Sequence record: NZ_CP143948.1
Direction: 5' to 3' (one strand)
Origin: a plasmid
Length of the DNA: 64,000 nt
In this document: positions 30,746 to 40,968 of the stretch, piece by piece
Layout: every line of letters begins with the position of its first letter
Numbering within the stretch: the stretch's first letter is position 1
The notes under the pieces: generated by a model
Seen by the model: only the letters and a program-made list of their open reading frames with translations
What the model was told of the DNA's origin: nothing
Databases searched by the model: none
Position numbers and translations under genes: made by a program

Positions 30746-31018
30746 TTAGTTAAGAGAATCTTTTAAAGCCTTTCCAGCCTTGAACTTAGGAGCCTTAGAT
30801 GCTGCAATTGTCATCTCAGCGCCAGTCTGTGGATTTCTTCCTGTTCTTGCTGCTCTCTCAGATACCTCGAAAGTACCGAATCCAACTAACTGGATCTTCT
30901 CACCTTTCTTTAACTCCTCTGCAACAACATCTGTGAATGCCTTTAAAGATGCCTCTGCATCCTTCTTTGATACTCCGGCCTTCTCTGCCATAGCTGCAAC
31001 TAAATCTGCTTTGTTCAT
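30746..31018 (-). CDS. hup: DNA-binding protein HU (start moved to MNKADL)
   Basis: [22 protein letters not shown]...[21 protein letters not shown]. Confidence 0.9.
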   Translation of the reverse strand: MNKADLVAAMAEKAGVSKKDAEASLKAFTDVVAEELKKGEKIQLVGFGTFEVSERAARTGRNPQTGAEMTIAASKAPKFKAGKALKDSLN

Positions 31019-31171
31019 GATAAAATTCCTCCTCTGGATTTTCATAATTTATATAATTCGAGCTGTATTCCCAAATTACCTACAAGAATATATATACTTG
31101 TTTTTATGGGGTTTGTCAAGGAAAATGCGCTATTTCCTAGGCTTTTATGTACTTTTACCATTCTTAAAACC

Positions 31172-32506
31172 TTACTTTGAACTTAATAAAGAGGTTAATG
31201 TTGAAAGATAATCGGATATGTCCTTATTTGTCAGACTATTTTTGGAACTGTCAGAGGATTTATTGTTGGTTCCCCGTGATGAATTTGTACTCTGCGAGCT
31301 GCCGGTGGTGCTGCCCTGAGATGTACTTTGATTGTCCTTCTCATCAGCCCTCTCTGAGGCTGTCTCGGAAGGTGTCTGTGCGGTGGCTTGTGAACTGCCG
31401 GTGCTGTTAGTTTTGGTACCTGATGAATCGTTTGCAGAGCTGTCCGTATCGTCATTTATCGTAATCTGTATGGTGGCCTCCTTTGAGTTCACGTAAAGCG
31501 TCCTCGTCCAGGTGTCATAGCCATCGGCTGTTACCTTAAGCGTGTGTTTTCCGTATGTTATCTCAACCGGGCTCGTATAGTCGATTTCACTGCCATCGAC
31601 ATATATTTTCGCCCCCTGCACGTCAACCTCGAAAAGGATGCTGCTCTTTTTAGGCCCCTCACCCTTTAAATCATTTAAATTTACCTTTGTAGTCTCTCCT
31701 CTTTTTATCTCAATATCCGTGCTGCCTCCCCAGCCATTGTTGGCCACAGCGAGTGTATAGCTGCCCTCCGGCACATCAAGCGACATATCCTTAGTGATTT
31801 CTGCAAATATCCTGTCTCCGAGCTGCAAAAAACTGCCCTCAAACAGCGATGTATTGCTAAGCTGCAGTGTGCCGTGCCCTGTCGTGACAGAAATTGACAC
31901 TATATCCTTGTCAATCCCGACAACAGCCAGCTTATCCTGCGCCGTGAGGCTGTCAGTATCTACGACATCCGAGCCTGAAAATATCATGGTGCGCTCACCC
32001 AGCCTGTAGCTGCTATTTCCGATTTCAAGCACGCTCTTATTCTTATCCACAGAAAAATTGGTCACTGCGTCGTTTGTCCACACCTTATCGGATTTTTGTA
32101 TCCGCTTTGCCTTGCCGTCTGAATCTGCCCCTGATATTTCAACCACATCACCCTGATGTATGTCTGAAACTGACATGTGATTGCCATATTTGTCAAAAAA
32201 GCCGGTGGTCAGCCCATAGTAATACTGATACTGCACTCCTGTCGAGTAATTGTATACCCTGATCGTCTCGTTGGCACTGTTTATGTCCGATACTATGAGA
32301 ATATCTGAACTTTTCTTAACGGACTTTCCGTTTTCCTCCGCAGCAGCTTTCAAACCGGACTGCGTGCTTTCTCCCACGGCCTCCGTCGTATCATTCATGC
32401 TGTTATAGAATTTTTTTACACCATCATCCGTGTCCTGTTTTCCACATGCTGCAAGTGACAGCACAAGCATGCATACTATGCAAAATAATCTTTTAAATTT
32501 CTTCAT
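31172..32506 (-). CDS. Lipoprotein with a PEGA domain and a Ser/Thr-rich C-terminal tail
   Basis: Lipobox LSLAACGK; PEGA-like IYVDGSEIDYTSPVEITYGKHTLKVTADGYDTWTRTLYV; low-complexity S/T/N tail. Confidence 0.55.
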   Translation of the reverse strand: MKKFKRLFCIVCMLVLSLAACGKQDTDDGVKKFYNSMNDTTEAVGESTQSGLKAAAEENGKSVKKSSDILIVSDINSANETIRVYNYSTGVQYQYYYGLTTGFFDKYGNHMSVSDIHQGDVVEISGADSDGKAKRIQKSDKVWTNDAVTNFSVDKNKSVLEIGNSSYRLGERTMIFSGSDVVDTDSLTAQDKLAVVGIDKDIVSISVTTGHGTLQLSNTSLFEGSFLQLGDRIFAEITKDMSLDVPEGSYTLAVANNGWGGSTDIEIKRGETTKVNLNDLKGEGPKKSSILFEVDVQGAKIYVDGSEIDYTSPVEITYGKHTLKVTADGYDTWTRTLYVNSKEATIQITINDDTDSSANDSSGTKTNSTGSSQATAQTPSETASERADEKDNQSTSQGSTTGSSQSTNSSRGTNNKSSDSSKNSLTNKDISDYLSTLTSLLSSK

Positions 32507-32610
32507 CTGTATTTCCTTTAATAGCTGGCTTTAAACGTTTTTCTACAATAATAATATATCGTATAGTCATTTACTTTTCAATTAAATTCACTATATATAT
32601 GCATTACTGC

Positions 32611-33579
32611 TTACACTATGGCATGCAGGGCATGCAGATACTCCTCGCGCTCCCCGCTTAGCTGTATGAGCTGTGCAAGCTTATCCACATCACGGTCGCA
32701 TACCCATGACTTGCGCGAGTTGCTATAGTGATTGCAGAGCTTACAAAATTTTTCAGGAAACAAAAGCAGTGCTTGAAGCAGTCTCATTGATGTATCATCA
32801 AGACTTCTTACGCTGCAATAGCTGTCAAGAATTGCATCTGCAACCGCTGTATCCCAGTGATTTTTTTCGAGCATCTTGCGCATGTACTCCGCAAGATCAG
32901 TTTCCGGATATCCCGGATGCATGGTCTCAAAATTGACAGGGAGCCATCTTCCGGACTGTGTATACACGACATTGTGCTGGTTGAAGACTCCGTGACAGTA
33001 TATCGGAACCGATGTTTTACTATTTTCCAGCTCACACAATATTTCCGCCGATTTCTGCCCCTGCTCTAAGAATCTCTCATAGCATTCATAAAACAGATGC
33101 TCAAAAGCATTTGTCTTGCTGCGACGCAGTATGTAGTTTTTAAGCTTTACTATCTGCGCACATTTTCGCTGAGCTTTTTCGTGCAGGCTTTCTACCTCGA
33201 TATCCGAAGGCAGAGGATACTTTTCCAATATATTGTGCAGCTGCGCTAATGCCCTGCTGCCGCCACGCATATCATCTATGCTGTCCGTGCTGCACTCTCT
33301 GCCTGCTCTGTAATCCTTCAATATGTATGCGTCCTCACAGTTATCTCGCGATATGATACACTGCTCCTTTGTCTGTGATATCTGCTCCACATCCATACCG
33401 TTTCTCTGGATAAATGCCAGCGTATCCCGCAGGGTGCATGCCCTTTGCTCATGCCCTCTGTACGGCACGAGCAGCTTCTGCCCGATGCCTGTATCACATA
33501 TATATGCTCCTCTGCCCTTTATTATCCTGCTTACTGTAAGCTCATATTTTTCCAAAGCCACTTCCGGCTGATTATACAA
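32611..33579 (-). CDS. CotS-family spore-coat protein (kinase-like)
   Basis: Aminoglycoside-phosphotransferase-like fold hallmarks: a Brenner-like CHGVFNQHNVV motif, with a downstream DFE. Confidence 0.45.
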   Translation of the reverse strand: MYNQPEVALEKYELTVSRIIKGRGAYICDTGIGQKLLVPYRGHEQRACTLRDTLAFIQRNGMDVEQISQTKEQCIISRDNCEDAYILKDYRAGRECSTDSIDDMRGGSRALAQLHNILEKYPLPSDIEVESLHEKAQRKCAQIVKLKNYILRRSKTNAFEHLFYECYERFLEQGQKSAEILCELENSKTSVPIYCHGVFNQHNVVYTQSGRWLPVNFETMHPGYPETDLAEYMRKMLEKNHWDTAVADAILDSYCSVRSLDDTSMRLLQALLLFPEKFCKLCNHYSNSRKSWVCDRDVDKLAQLIQLSGEREEYLHALHAIV

Positions 33580-33632
33580 AAAAATCCCCCCTCATATAAT
33601 TAATGCATCATAACTATTAAGATGCTTTTTAA

Positions 33633-34976
33633 TCATATGAGAGAGGTTATTATTTTATTCGCAAGCTCTTTAAGTTTTTGTGCTTCATTGAGCGATGGGT
33701 CATCAAGCACCTGCTCATAAAGTCTGTCCAGGATATCGCCAAGCTTCGGTCCCGGCTCTACTCCCATTTTAATCAGGTCGCTGCCATTTATTTTCATTTC
33801 CTTTTTTGATACACACTGGTGGTCTGCAAGGATTTTCCTGTATACACGCTCATATTCTGCGATGTATTCAAGCTTTTCTGCGCGCTTATACATGCTCTGT
33901 CCGAGTGTATCGGCTCTTTTCACCTCAAATAACAGCGGAAAAAGCTCTGTTCCTATGCGGCTCATGGCTCGCCTTACATTGCGCTCTGTGATGGCCGGAC
34001 GGTCATCATGCTCTTTTACGAGCTTACAGCAACAGTCTGTAGTCCTGTTATCAAACTTAAGGCGCCTGAGTATCTTTCTTGTCATATCAGCTCCCACAAC
34101 AGGATGCTTCTTGAAATGATTCTGGCCTTCCTCATCTGTCGTAATGCACACAGGCTTTGCCACATCATGAAGCAGCATGGTAAGCCTTAGGATTTTGTCC
34201 GCTCGCACATGCTCCAAGGTATGAAGCGTATGCTCGCCGACACTGTACATATGGTGCTTATTGTGCTGAGGTGTCTGCATCATCACATCAAACTCCGGCA
34301 TGAATACCGCTGTGAGTCCAAGCTCATACAAATCTCTCATCATCTGCGGATGGTCTGATGTCAGAAGCTTCACAAGCTCCACCTGGATTCGCTCTGCGCT
34401 GACCTTTGACATGGCAGGGGCAAGCTCTTTTATGGCTGCTTTAGTCTGTGCCTCTATATCAAAGCCAAGCTGGGCTGCAAATCGCACCGCACGAAACATC
34501 CTGAGTGCATCCTCACTGAACCTGTCGTGTGCACAGCCCACACATCTGATCACATGTGCTTTTAAATCTGCTATGCCGTCAAATTCATCGACAAGTCCTG
34601 CCCTATGATTATACGCCATGGCATTGATTGTGAAGTCGCGCCTCTCCAGATCAAGCTTCAGATTGGAGGTAAAGGTAACCTCCTTTGGATGGCGTGCATC
34701 CTCGTACTCTCCGTCTATCCTGTAGGTGGTGACCTCATAGCCCACATGCTCCAGCATGACCGTGACTGTGCCATGCTGGATACCTGTGTCTATCGTATGG
34801 TCAAATATCGCTTTGACCTGCGCAGGCTTTGCAGATGTGGTGATATCCCAGTCCTGCGGTGTCCTGCCAAGGAGACTGTCACGCACGCATCCACCTACCG
34901 CATATGCCTCAAAGCCATGCTCGTAGAGCGTGTCTATTATGAAGTTGACATTCTGCGGTAAATCTATGCGCATCAT
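33633..34976 (-). CDS. cca: CCA-adding tRNA nucleotidyltransferase with HD domain (start moved to MMRIDL, which has an AAGGAG RBS)
   Basis: PolyA_pol head GGCVRDSLLGRTPQDWDITT; HD motif HDVAKP. Confidence 0.85.
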   Translation of the reverse strand: MMRIDLPQNVNFIIDTLYEHGFEAYAVGGCVRDSLLGRTPQDWDITTSAKPAQVKAIFDHTIDTGIQHGTVTVMLEHVGYEVTTYRIDGEYEDARHPKEVTFTSNLKLDLERRDFTINAMAYNHRAGLVDEFDGIADLKAHVIRCVGCAHDRFSEDALRMFRAVRFAAQLGFDIEAQTKAAIKELAPAMSKVSAERIQVELVKLLTSDHPQMMRDLYELGLTAVFMPEFDVMMQTPQHNKHHMYSVGEHTLHTLEHVRADKILRLTMLLHDVAKPVCITTDEEGQNHFKKHPVVGADMTRKILRRLKFDNRTTDCCCKLVKEHDDRPAITERNVRRAMSRIGTELFPLLFEVKRADTLGQSMYKRAEKLEYIAEYERVYRKILADHQCVSKKEMKINGSDLIKMGVEPGPKLGDILDRLYEQVLDDPSLNEAQKLKELANKIITSLI

Positions 34977-35390
34977 TGAGTTCTCCTTTTTTATTCTAAA
35001 TGACGCTCGCCGGAGGGGCACATTGCCACAGCATACAACTGTGACACATGCTCTCATAACTCCTTAGTCTGGTGAGAGTAAATACCTCCTGCGGCAGAGC
35101 TTATTAGGCGCGAAAAAATCAAACGCGCTTACGCTTGAACGAGTATTTTTTGCGCCAGCTTCAGCCGCAGGTGGCATTAACTCTCACACACGACACGTCG
35201 TAAATCGAGCATGCGCCACAGCCGTATGCTGCGTCAATGCGCCCCTCCGGCGAGCTGTTTATCATAATAATATACAAAAGTAATGATTAATTCGCGAAAT
35301 AAATTTTCGTAGACGGATGATTACAAACGCAGGCGTAGCGGTACTACGCCGAGGCTTGTAACATTCGTATACGGGAATTTAGGCGCGAAT

Positions 35391-36830
35391 TTAGTATGCC
35401 TTGCCCCAGTATACAAGTTTGTGCGCCGGCTTTCCACAGCATACGCATACGTCGGAAATCTGTTCCTGATCACCAAACGGCATACAACGGCTTGTAACTG
35501 TTGTGTCCTCTTTGATTTTGTTCTCGCAGGCCTCGTCTCCACACCACATAGCACGGATAAAGCCAGGCTTTGTCTCTGCGATTGCCTTGAACTCATTGTA
35601 GTCGTGTGCATCGTTTATATGGCTTGCAAGGAATGCCTTTGCCCTCTCGAGCATGTCATTCTGCATTGTCTCAAGTACCTCTGCGAGCTTCTCATTGACC
35701 TCATCGAGTGAGACAACGATTTTCTCTCTTGTGTCTCTACGAACGATAACGCACTGGTTTTTCTCGATATCCTTTGGTCCAATCTCGATACGTGTTGAGA
35801 TTCCCTGAACCTCCTGTGCTGCGAACTTCCAGCCAGGTGTCTTGTCGGTTGCATCGATTTTCACGCGGAAATCCTTTGAGAGCTTGTCCTTGAGGTCGTA
35901 TGCCTTGTCAAGTACGCCATCCTTCTGCTGCTGGATTGGAATAACCATAACCTGTGTTGGTGCAATCTTTGGTGGAAGCACGAGTCCTGAGTCATCTCCA
36001 TGAACCATGATGATAGCTCCGATAAGACGTGTTGAAACGCCCCATGATGTCTCATGACAGTACTGTAATTTATTGTCCTTGTCTGTGTACTGGATGCCGA
36101 AGGCCTTAGGGAAGCCGTCACCAAAGTTGTGTGAGGTTCCTGACTGGAGCGCCTTTCCGTCATGCATGAGTGCCTCTATTGTGTATGTAGCCTCTGCTCC
36201 GGCGAACTTCTCCTTGTCTGTCTTTCTTCCCTTTACCATAGGGATTGCAAGATATTTCTCACAGAAATCCGCATAGATGTTTAACATCTGTACTGTACGT
36301 GCCTCTGCCTCCTCGGCTGTTGCATGAACAGTATGTCCCTCCTGCCATAAGAACTCTGATGAGCGGAGGAATGGACGTGTTGTCTTCTCCCAGCGCACTA
36401 CTGAGCACCACTGGTTATATACCTTTGGAAGGTCTCTGTGTGACTGTACTGTTTTGCTGAAAAGCTCGCAGAAAAGTGTCTCTGATGTAGGTCTTACTGC
36501 AAGTCTCTCCTGAAGTGTCTCAAGTCCGCCCTGTGTGACCCACGCAACCTCAGGTGCAAAGCCCTCTACGTGATCCTTTTCTTTCTGAAGCAGGCTCTCC
36601 GGAATGAACATTGGCATGTATACATTCTCTACACCTGTCTCTTTGAACATTGCATCGAGATTTTTCTGTATATTCTCCCAGATGGCATAACCATTGGGCT
36701 TAAAGATCATACATCCCTTTACAGATGAATAATCCATCAACTCTGCTTTCTTCACAACGTCTGTATACCATTGTGTGAAATCTTCCTCCATGGAAGTGAT
36801 GGCCTCTACTAATTTTTTCTCCTTAGCCAT
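35391..36830 (-). CDS. proS: Prolyl-tRNA synthetase, archaeal/eukaryotic-like type (~480 aa, with a C-terminal zinc-binding domain)
   Basis: Class II motifs, a C-terminal CVCCGKPA...YWGKAY, and no bacterial-type editing insertion. Confidence 0.9.
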   Translation of the reverse strand: MAKEKKLVEAITSMEEDFTQWYTDVVKKAELMDYSSVKGCMIFKPNGYAIWENIQKNLDAMFKETGVENVYMPMFIPESLLQKEKDHVEGFAPEVAWVTQGGLETLQERLAVRPTSETLFCELFSKTVQSHRDLPKVYNQWCSVVRWEKTTRPFLRSSEFLWQEGHTVHATAEEAEARTVQMLNIYADFCEKYLAIPMVKGRKTDKEKFAGAEATYTIEALMHDGKALQSGTSHNFGDGFPKAFGIQYTDKDNKLQYCHETSWGVSTRLIGAIIMVHGDDSGLVLPPKIAPTQVMVIPIQQQKDGVLDKAYDLKDKLSKDFRVKIDATDKTPGWKFAAQEVQGISTRIEIGPKDIEKNQCVIVRRDTREKIVVSLDEVNEKLAEVLETMQNDMLERAKAFLASHINDAHDYNEFKAIAETKPGFIRAMWCGDEACENKIKEDTTVTSRCMPFGDQEQISDVCVCCGKPAHKLVYWGKAY

Positions 36831-36924
36831 TGCTTTTCTCCTTTTTTATTGAAATATTCTATGATATACAGGGCTTTTATGTCTCATCACGCCCCTGCAC
36901 CACGCATAATTTTACTAACATATA

Positions 36925-38070
36925 TTATTCCATAAGCGAGCTGATGTCAATAAGCCTGAAAACCTGTTCTGCAGTGTTTTTCATATTTTTTTGAGCATTT
37001 TTGATATCCATAGCCTCATTAAGCGTTGTTGCCCCTCTTATAATAGGGAAAAACGCATCTATGCCTTCTTTATTACATGCCACTGCATCGTCAGTGACAC
37101 TCCCTGCAAGTGCGATTACTTTACAGCCGTTTTTTCTACCTGCTTTTGCCACTCCGACAGGCACCTTTCCCATGGCGCTCTGTCCATCAAGCCTTCCCTC
37201 TCCGGTCACTACGATATCGGCATTTTTCAGTTCCCTGTCAAGCTGTATTGCGTTTAGCACTATATCTATGCCGGATTTAAGCTCCACGTTCTCAAGTCCA
37301 AAAAGAAACGCAAAGCCAAGACCTCCCGCAGCGCCTGCTCCCGGTGTCTCACTGAAACTTTTTCCCACATACTCCTCAACACAGTCTGCATACTGTCTCA
37401 TCATTTTATCCATCTGTGCCTTTTCATGCTCCTGTACGCCCTTTTGCTTTCCAAAAATGTATACGCAGCCCTGCTCTGTGCACAGTGGATTAGTAACATC
37501 ACATGCTATTTTGAAATGACACTGCTTCAATTCTGAAGGAACCTTATCAGCCTTGATCTTTTTTACCCTTACAAGCGAGCCAAATACCGGTGGAAGAATA
37601 TTGTCATCTTCATCATAAAACTCATAGCCGAGCGCCGTCAGCATTCCTATGCCACCCTCAGTAGTTGCGCTTCCGCCTATTCCGATTATGAAATTCCGAC
37701 AGCCCTTGTGCACGGCATCCAGTATCATCTCTCCCACACCCAATGAGGTCGCTTTCCATGGATCAGGTTTACCTTCAACAAGTGTGATTCCTGATGCTTC
37801 TGCCATTTCCATAACAGCCGTATCATCCTCAAGTACTCCATATGTTGCGTGCACCTTTTGTCCCATCGGTCCTGTTACATCAACATGTTCATATGTGCCA
37901 TTCATGCCCTCTACCAAAGCGGTTACAGTTCCCTCGCCACCATCTGCAAGTGGTCTGACCACCACATCCGCTTTCGGTATTGCCGCCAATATGCCTTCTT
38001 TACATGCCATCCCTGCCTGCATGCTTGTCATGCTTCCTTTAAATGAATCAATTGCTACTACAACCTTCAT
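36925..38070 (-). CDS. glxK: Glycerate kinase
   Basis: MKVVVAIDSFKGSMTS...PLADGGEGTV is the GarK/GlxK signature. Confidence 0.9.
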   Translation of the reverse strand: MKVVVAIDSFKGSMTSMQAGMACKEGILAAIPKADVVVRPLADGGEGTVTALVEGMNGTYEHVDVTGPMGQKVHATYGVLEDDTAVMEMAEASGITLVEGKPDPWKATSLGVGEMILDAVHKGCRNFIIGIGGSATTEGGIGMLTALGYEFYDEDDNILPPVFGSLVRVKKIKADKVPSELKQCHFKIACDVTNPLCTEQGCVYIFGKQKGVQEHEKAQMDKMMRQYADCVEEYVGKSFSETPGAGAAGGLGFAFLFGLENVELKSGIDIVLNAIQLDRELKNADIVVTGEGRLDGQSAMGKVPVGVAKAGRKNGCKVIALAGSVTDDAVACNKEGIDAFFPIIRGATTLNEAMDIKNAQKNMKNTAEQVFRLIDISSLME

Positions 38071-38099
38071 TTAACCATTCCTCTATTTTTTCTTAATAT

Positions 38100-39077
38100 T
38101 TATTCATCTTTCTTATTCAAATCAATTATGTTCATTTTTCTTAAAATCGACTCTTTAATTGCTCCACTTAAATATGCCGGATTTAATTTACGTTTTGCAT
38201 ATGCCAAATAGGTGTCTTTTGTTTGTTCAATCAGAATAGCTGTAAAAAACCTTTCCCAACTGAAATAAAGCTTGCTCTCTACATACTCTGATGGATTACT
38301 CAATATGCTTCTTACTGTATTATTCTTTAAAATATCGGCATCCATAATCATCCATTCAAATGATTCAGGCAAATATAAGGCCACATTTTTTCTGCCATGG
38401 ATAACCTGCAACACCCTGTCAATCTCGGAACCAAATGCCGCCCCATCTGCAATGACAAGTATTTTTTCACCTTTATGTTTGTTCAGATAATGAAAGACAT
38501 TTGATTTTCCATTCATAGATTCACATTTCAAACCATTTTCTATACATACATGTTCAAAAAATTGATATCCTGAATTGCTGTCTTCCGTAATAATAGTCTC
38601 CGGACTCACTTTATCTTCATATGTATCTGTTCCATATATCCGATAGAATTCATGATAACTTTGTTTCAATGTCCCATATCTTCCAGATGTACGAATTCCA
38701 TAGATTTCTTCTACGCTATATGGCAATGCTGGTAAAGCTTCCCTAGTAACAATTACATAATAATTATCTGTTTTTTGAATTTTGTCTGCAAAATCTACTG
38801 TCGTTATGAATTCATTTCCCTCATCAATAAATACAATACAGTCTGATATGCCTGACAACTGCTCTTTCCATAAACTTCCTTCAACCACATGACATTTTTT
38901 ATCACATATCACCTCTACAGGTGTGCCGGTTGGATTATTCACGAAATCACGAATCATATCTACAAGTGTAGTTTTTCCAGTTGCACTGTCTCCCTGGATA
39001 ATCGTCAGATTTCTCCGAAGTTCAAATTCATACTTTAAACGTTTTGTTGATACAATAACTTTATGTTTTCCTTTCAT
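38100..39077 (-). CDS. Miniature ABC/RecF-like P-loop NTPase fused to an uncharacterised ~200-aa C-terminal domain (possibly a degenerate Toprim/DUF4435-like domain); AT-rich
   Basis: The N-terminus KVIVSTKRLKYEFELRRNLTIIQGDSATGKTTLVDMI is an SMC/RecF-type beta-strand plus Walker A. QLSGISDCIVFIDEGNEF, about 45 aa later, is a signature-like LSG followed by a Walker B. C-terminal candidate acidic residues: IITEDSNSG and ILVIADGAAFGSEID. Its own GGAGGA RBS lies in the 15-nt gap from the upstream gene. Confidence 0.4.
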   Translation of the reverse strand: MKGKHKVIVSTKRLKYEFELRRNLTIIQGDSATGKTTLVDMIRDFVNNPTGTPVEVICDKKCHVVEGSLWKEQLSGISDCIVFIDEGNEFITTVDFADKIQKTDNYYVIVTREALPALPYSVEEIYGIRTSGRYGTLKQSYHEFYRIYGTDTYEDKVSPETIITEDSNSGYQFFEHVCIENGLKCESMNGKSNVFHYLNKHKGEKILVIADGAAFGSEIDRVLQVIHGRKNVALYLPESFEWMIMDADILKNNTVRSILSNPSEYVESKLYFSWERFFTAILIEQTKDTYLAYAKRKLNPAYLSGAIKESILRKMNIIDLNKKDE

Positions 39078-39092
39078 CGTATCCTCCTGCCA

Positions 39093-39530
39093 TCAAACAA
39101 ATTCACCTGCAATTGATACCAGTTCTTCCATGGTATGTACAATTTCATTCGTGTTAAGGATTCGGATGTCAAACGGTTCAACTTCAAATTTCATCAAATG
39201 ACGTAAGTTTATTGTTCTGTCTTCTGTTTCTGCAATTTTTAATAACCATTTTGCACAATTATCTCCACAGGTCGATGCATTGAAAATTTTATTTTTTTCA
39301 AACTTCACCAAAATCAATGTTTTAACACCACCTGATAACCCCGTAGGCGGTATTTTTCCTAACACTGGGCTGTCGATTACTCCACTGTCCAAAACAATCG
39401 ACTGATCCACATCCTTTATCATTTTCTTCACAAATGGATCTGTAATCCAGTTATCTTCATAATCATATTTAAAATACGCTGCCGTATTATATACTGCTTC
39501 TTTCATATCTCCATAAAATATATTCAGCAT
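39093..39530 (-). CDS. Small protein of unknown function in an operon with the NTPase; carries an ABC-signature-like LSGG motif
   Basis: 145 aa; ...GKIPPTGLSGGVKTLILV...CGDNC...; same strand as the NTPase gene and AT-rich like it. Confidence 0.35.
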   Translation of the reverse strand: MLNIFYGDMKEAVYNTAAYFKYDYEDNWITDPFVKKMIKDVDQSIVLDSGVIDSPVLGKIPPTGLSGGVKTLILVKFEKNKIFNASTCGDNCAKWLLKIAETEDRTINLRHLMKFEVEPFDIRILNTNEIVHTMEELVSIAGEFV

Positions 39531-39844
39531 ACAAAATCTACTCCTCCTGTTAGATTAGCCTTGAATGAATTTCACCTCACTACAATACAAATGTATTTTC
39601 CAAAACCTAGGTAAGTGCTTACCATATAAACCTCCACGAAATCCATCAATCAGCTGTACTTAGCTACAGTATAGCGGATTGATGGGCAAATTACAATTAT
39701 TATTACCGGTCTTTATGCAGTTACATGATGCGCAACTGCAAGATTGTAAAGTGGTGTAAAGTGGTACAAACAATTTGAAAGTGCATTTTCATGAAATTTG
39801 TGCTAGAATAACATGTTGTTGTATTATGCTAAGGAGAATTTAGA

Positions 39845-40546
39845 ATGGAAAACTATAAACGAGGACTGACAGCGGGAATCCCGATTGCGCTGGGATATCT
39901 GTCAGTTTCATTTACTTTTGGAATTATGGCGGTGTCATATGGACTATCCTGGTGGCAGGCTGTGCTCATTTCGATGACCACTGTCACATCTGCCGGACAG
40001 TTTGCAGGCATCGGAATTATGATGCATCCGGGACAGTATTTCCAGATGCTTATTTCGCAGATTACTATTAATATAAGATATTCCTTTATGTCGATTTCGG
40101 TTGGTCAGAAGGCGGATTCCAGATTTAGCGGAATTTCCAGATGGATACTCGGCTTTATGATGACTGATGAAATTTTTGCCGTGGCAAGCCAGGAGGATTC
40201 TGTGAGCAGAAGCTTTTTTGCAGGACTTTCAACTCTTCCATACATCGGCTGGGCTGTCGGTACGCTGATAGGTGCTATACTGGGAAGCATTCTGCCGGAT
40301 AGGCTTATGAGTGCGCTGAGTCTTGCTATTTATGGCATGTTTGTGGCTATCGTGGTTCCTGAGATGAAGAAATCGCGTGCGGTCGTGTTTGTTGTGCTGC
40401 TTGCACTCGTGCTTAGCTGCATGTTTTACTACGTACCGTTTTTGTCAAGGATTTCAAGCGGTATCACCATCACTGTTGTAGCCATTGTGGCTGCAGTTAT
40501 CGGTTCGCTGCTGTTTCCGGTTGCAGATGATACTGATAAGGAATGA
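39845..40546 (+). CDS. azlC: Branched-chain amino acid exporter, large subunit
   Basis: AzlC-family polytopic membrane protein. Confidence 0.8.
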   Translation: MENYKRGLTAGIPIALGYLSVSFTFGIMAVSYGLSWWQAVLISMTTVTSAGQFAGIGIMMHPGQYFQMLISQITINIRYSFMSISVGQKADSRFSGISRWILGFMMTDEIFAVASQEDSVSRSFFAGLSTLPYIGWAVGTLIGAILGSILPDRLMSALSLAIYGMFVAIVVPEMKKSRAVVFVVLLALVLSCMFYYVPFLSRISSGITITVVAIVAAVIGSLLFPVADDTDKE

Positions 40547-40590
40547 TTTATTAAATATTTGATAATAAGCGTATAAGGAGATTTTACATA

Positions 40591-40899
40591 ATGAAAAACA
40601 GTGTATTTTTTATATATTTACTCATACTTGCGGGCTCCACATATCTGATCCGCGTTATTCCTTTTATCGCAATAAAAGAAAAGATCAACAACAGCTTCGT
40701 GCGATCTTTTCTATACTATATTCCGTATGCAGTTTTAACCGCCATGACTATTCCGGCAGTGTTTTATGCTACTAACTGGTGGGTTGGTGCAGCAGCAGGA
40801 CTTATCGCGGCAGTGATATTTGCATTAAAGGGCAAGGGGCTTACAACCGTGGCCGTGGCTTCCTGTGTGGCGGTATTTATTGTAGAGCTGTTCCACTAA
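40591..40899 (+). CDS. azlD: Branched-chain amino acid exporter, small subunit
   Basis: 102-aa AzlD-family protein directly downstream of azlC. Confidence 0.75.
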   Translation: MKNSVFFIYLLILAGSTYLIRVIPFIAIKEKINNSFVRSFLYYIPYAVLTAMTIPAVFYATNWWVGAAAGLIAAVIFALKGKGLTTVAVASCVAVFIVELFH

Positions 40900-40968
40900 T
40901 TATTTATTTTCCCACCTGAAAGATTCCATCAATACCATATCCGGAATGATGGAATCTTTATTTTTAAT

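Noticed and set aside
36831-36924. T-box leader upstream of proS
   Set aside because: Only ~94 nt separate proS from the upstream glxK stop, which is too short for a T-box. No specifier or antiterminator features were seen.
37001-38074. 172-aa and 141-aa plus-strand ORFs antisense to glxK
   Set aside because: Same reasoning: antisense shadow ORFs with Ser/Pro/Ala-rich composition.
38100-39530. Possibility that the 145-aa and 325-aa ORFs are one frameshifted gene
   Set aside because: The 15-nt gap contains a GGAGGA RBS correctly spaced before the ATG of the 325-aa ORF, and the 145-aa ORF ends on a clean stop. This is a two-gene operon rather than a pseudogene.
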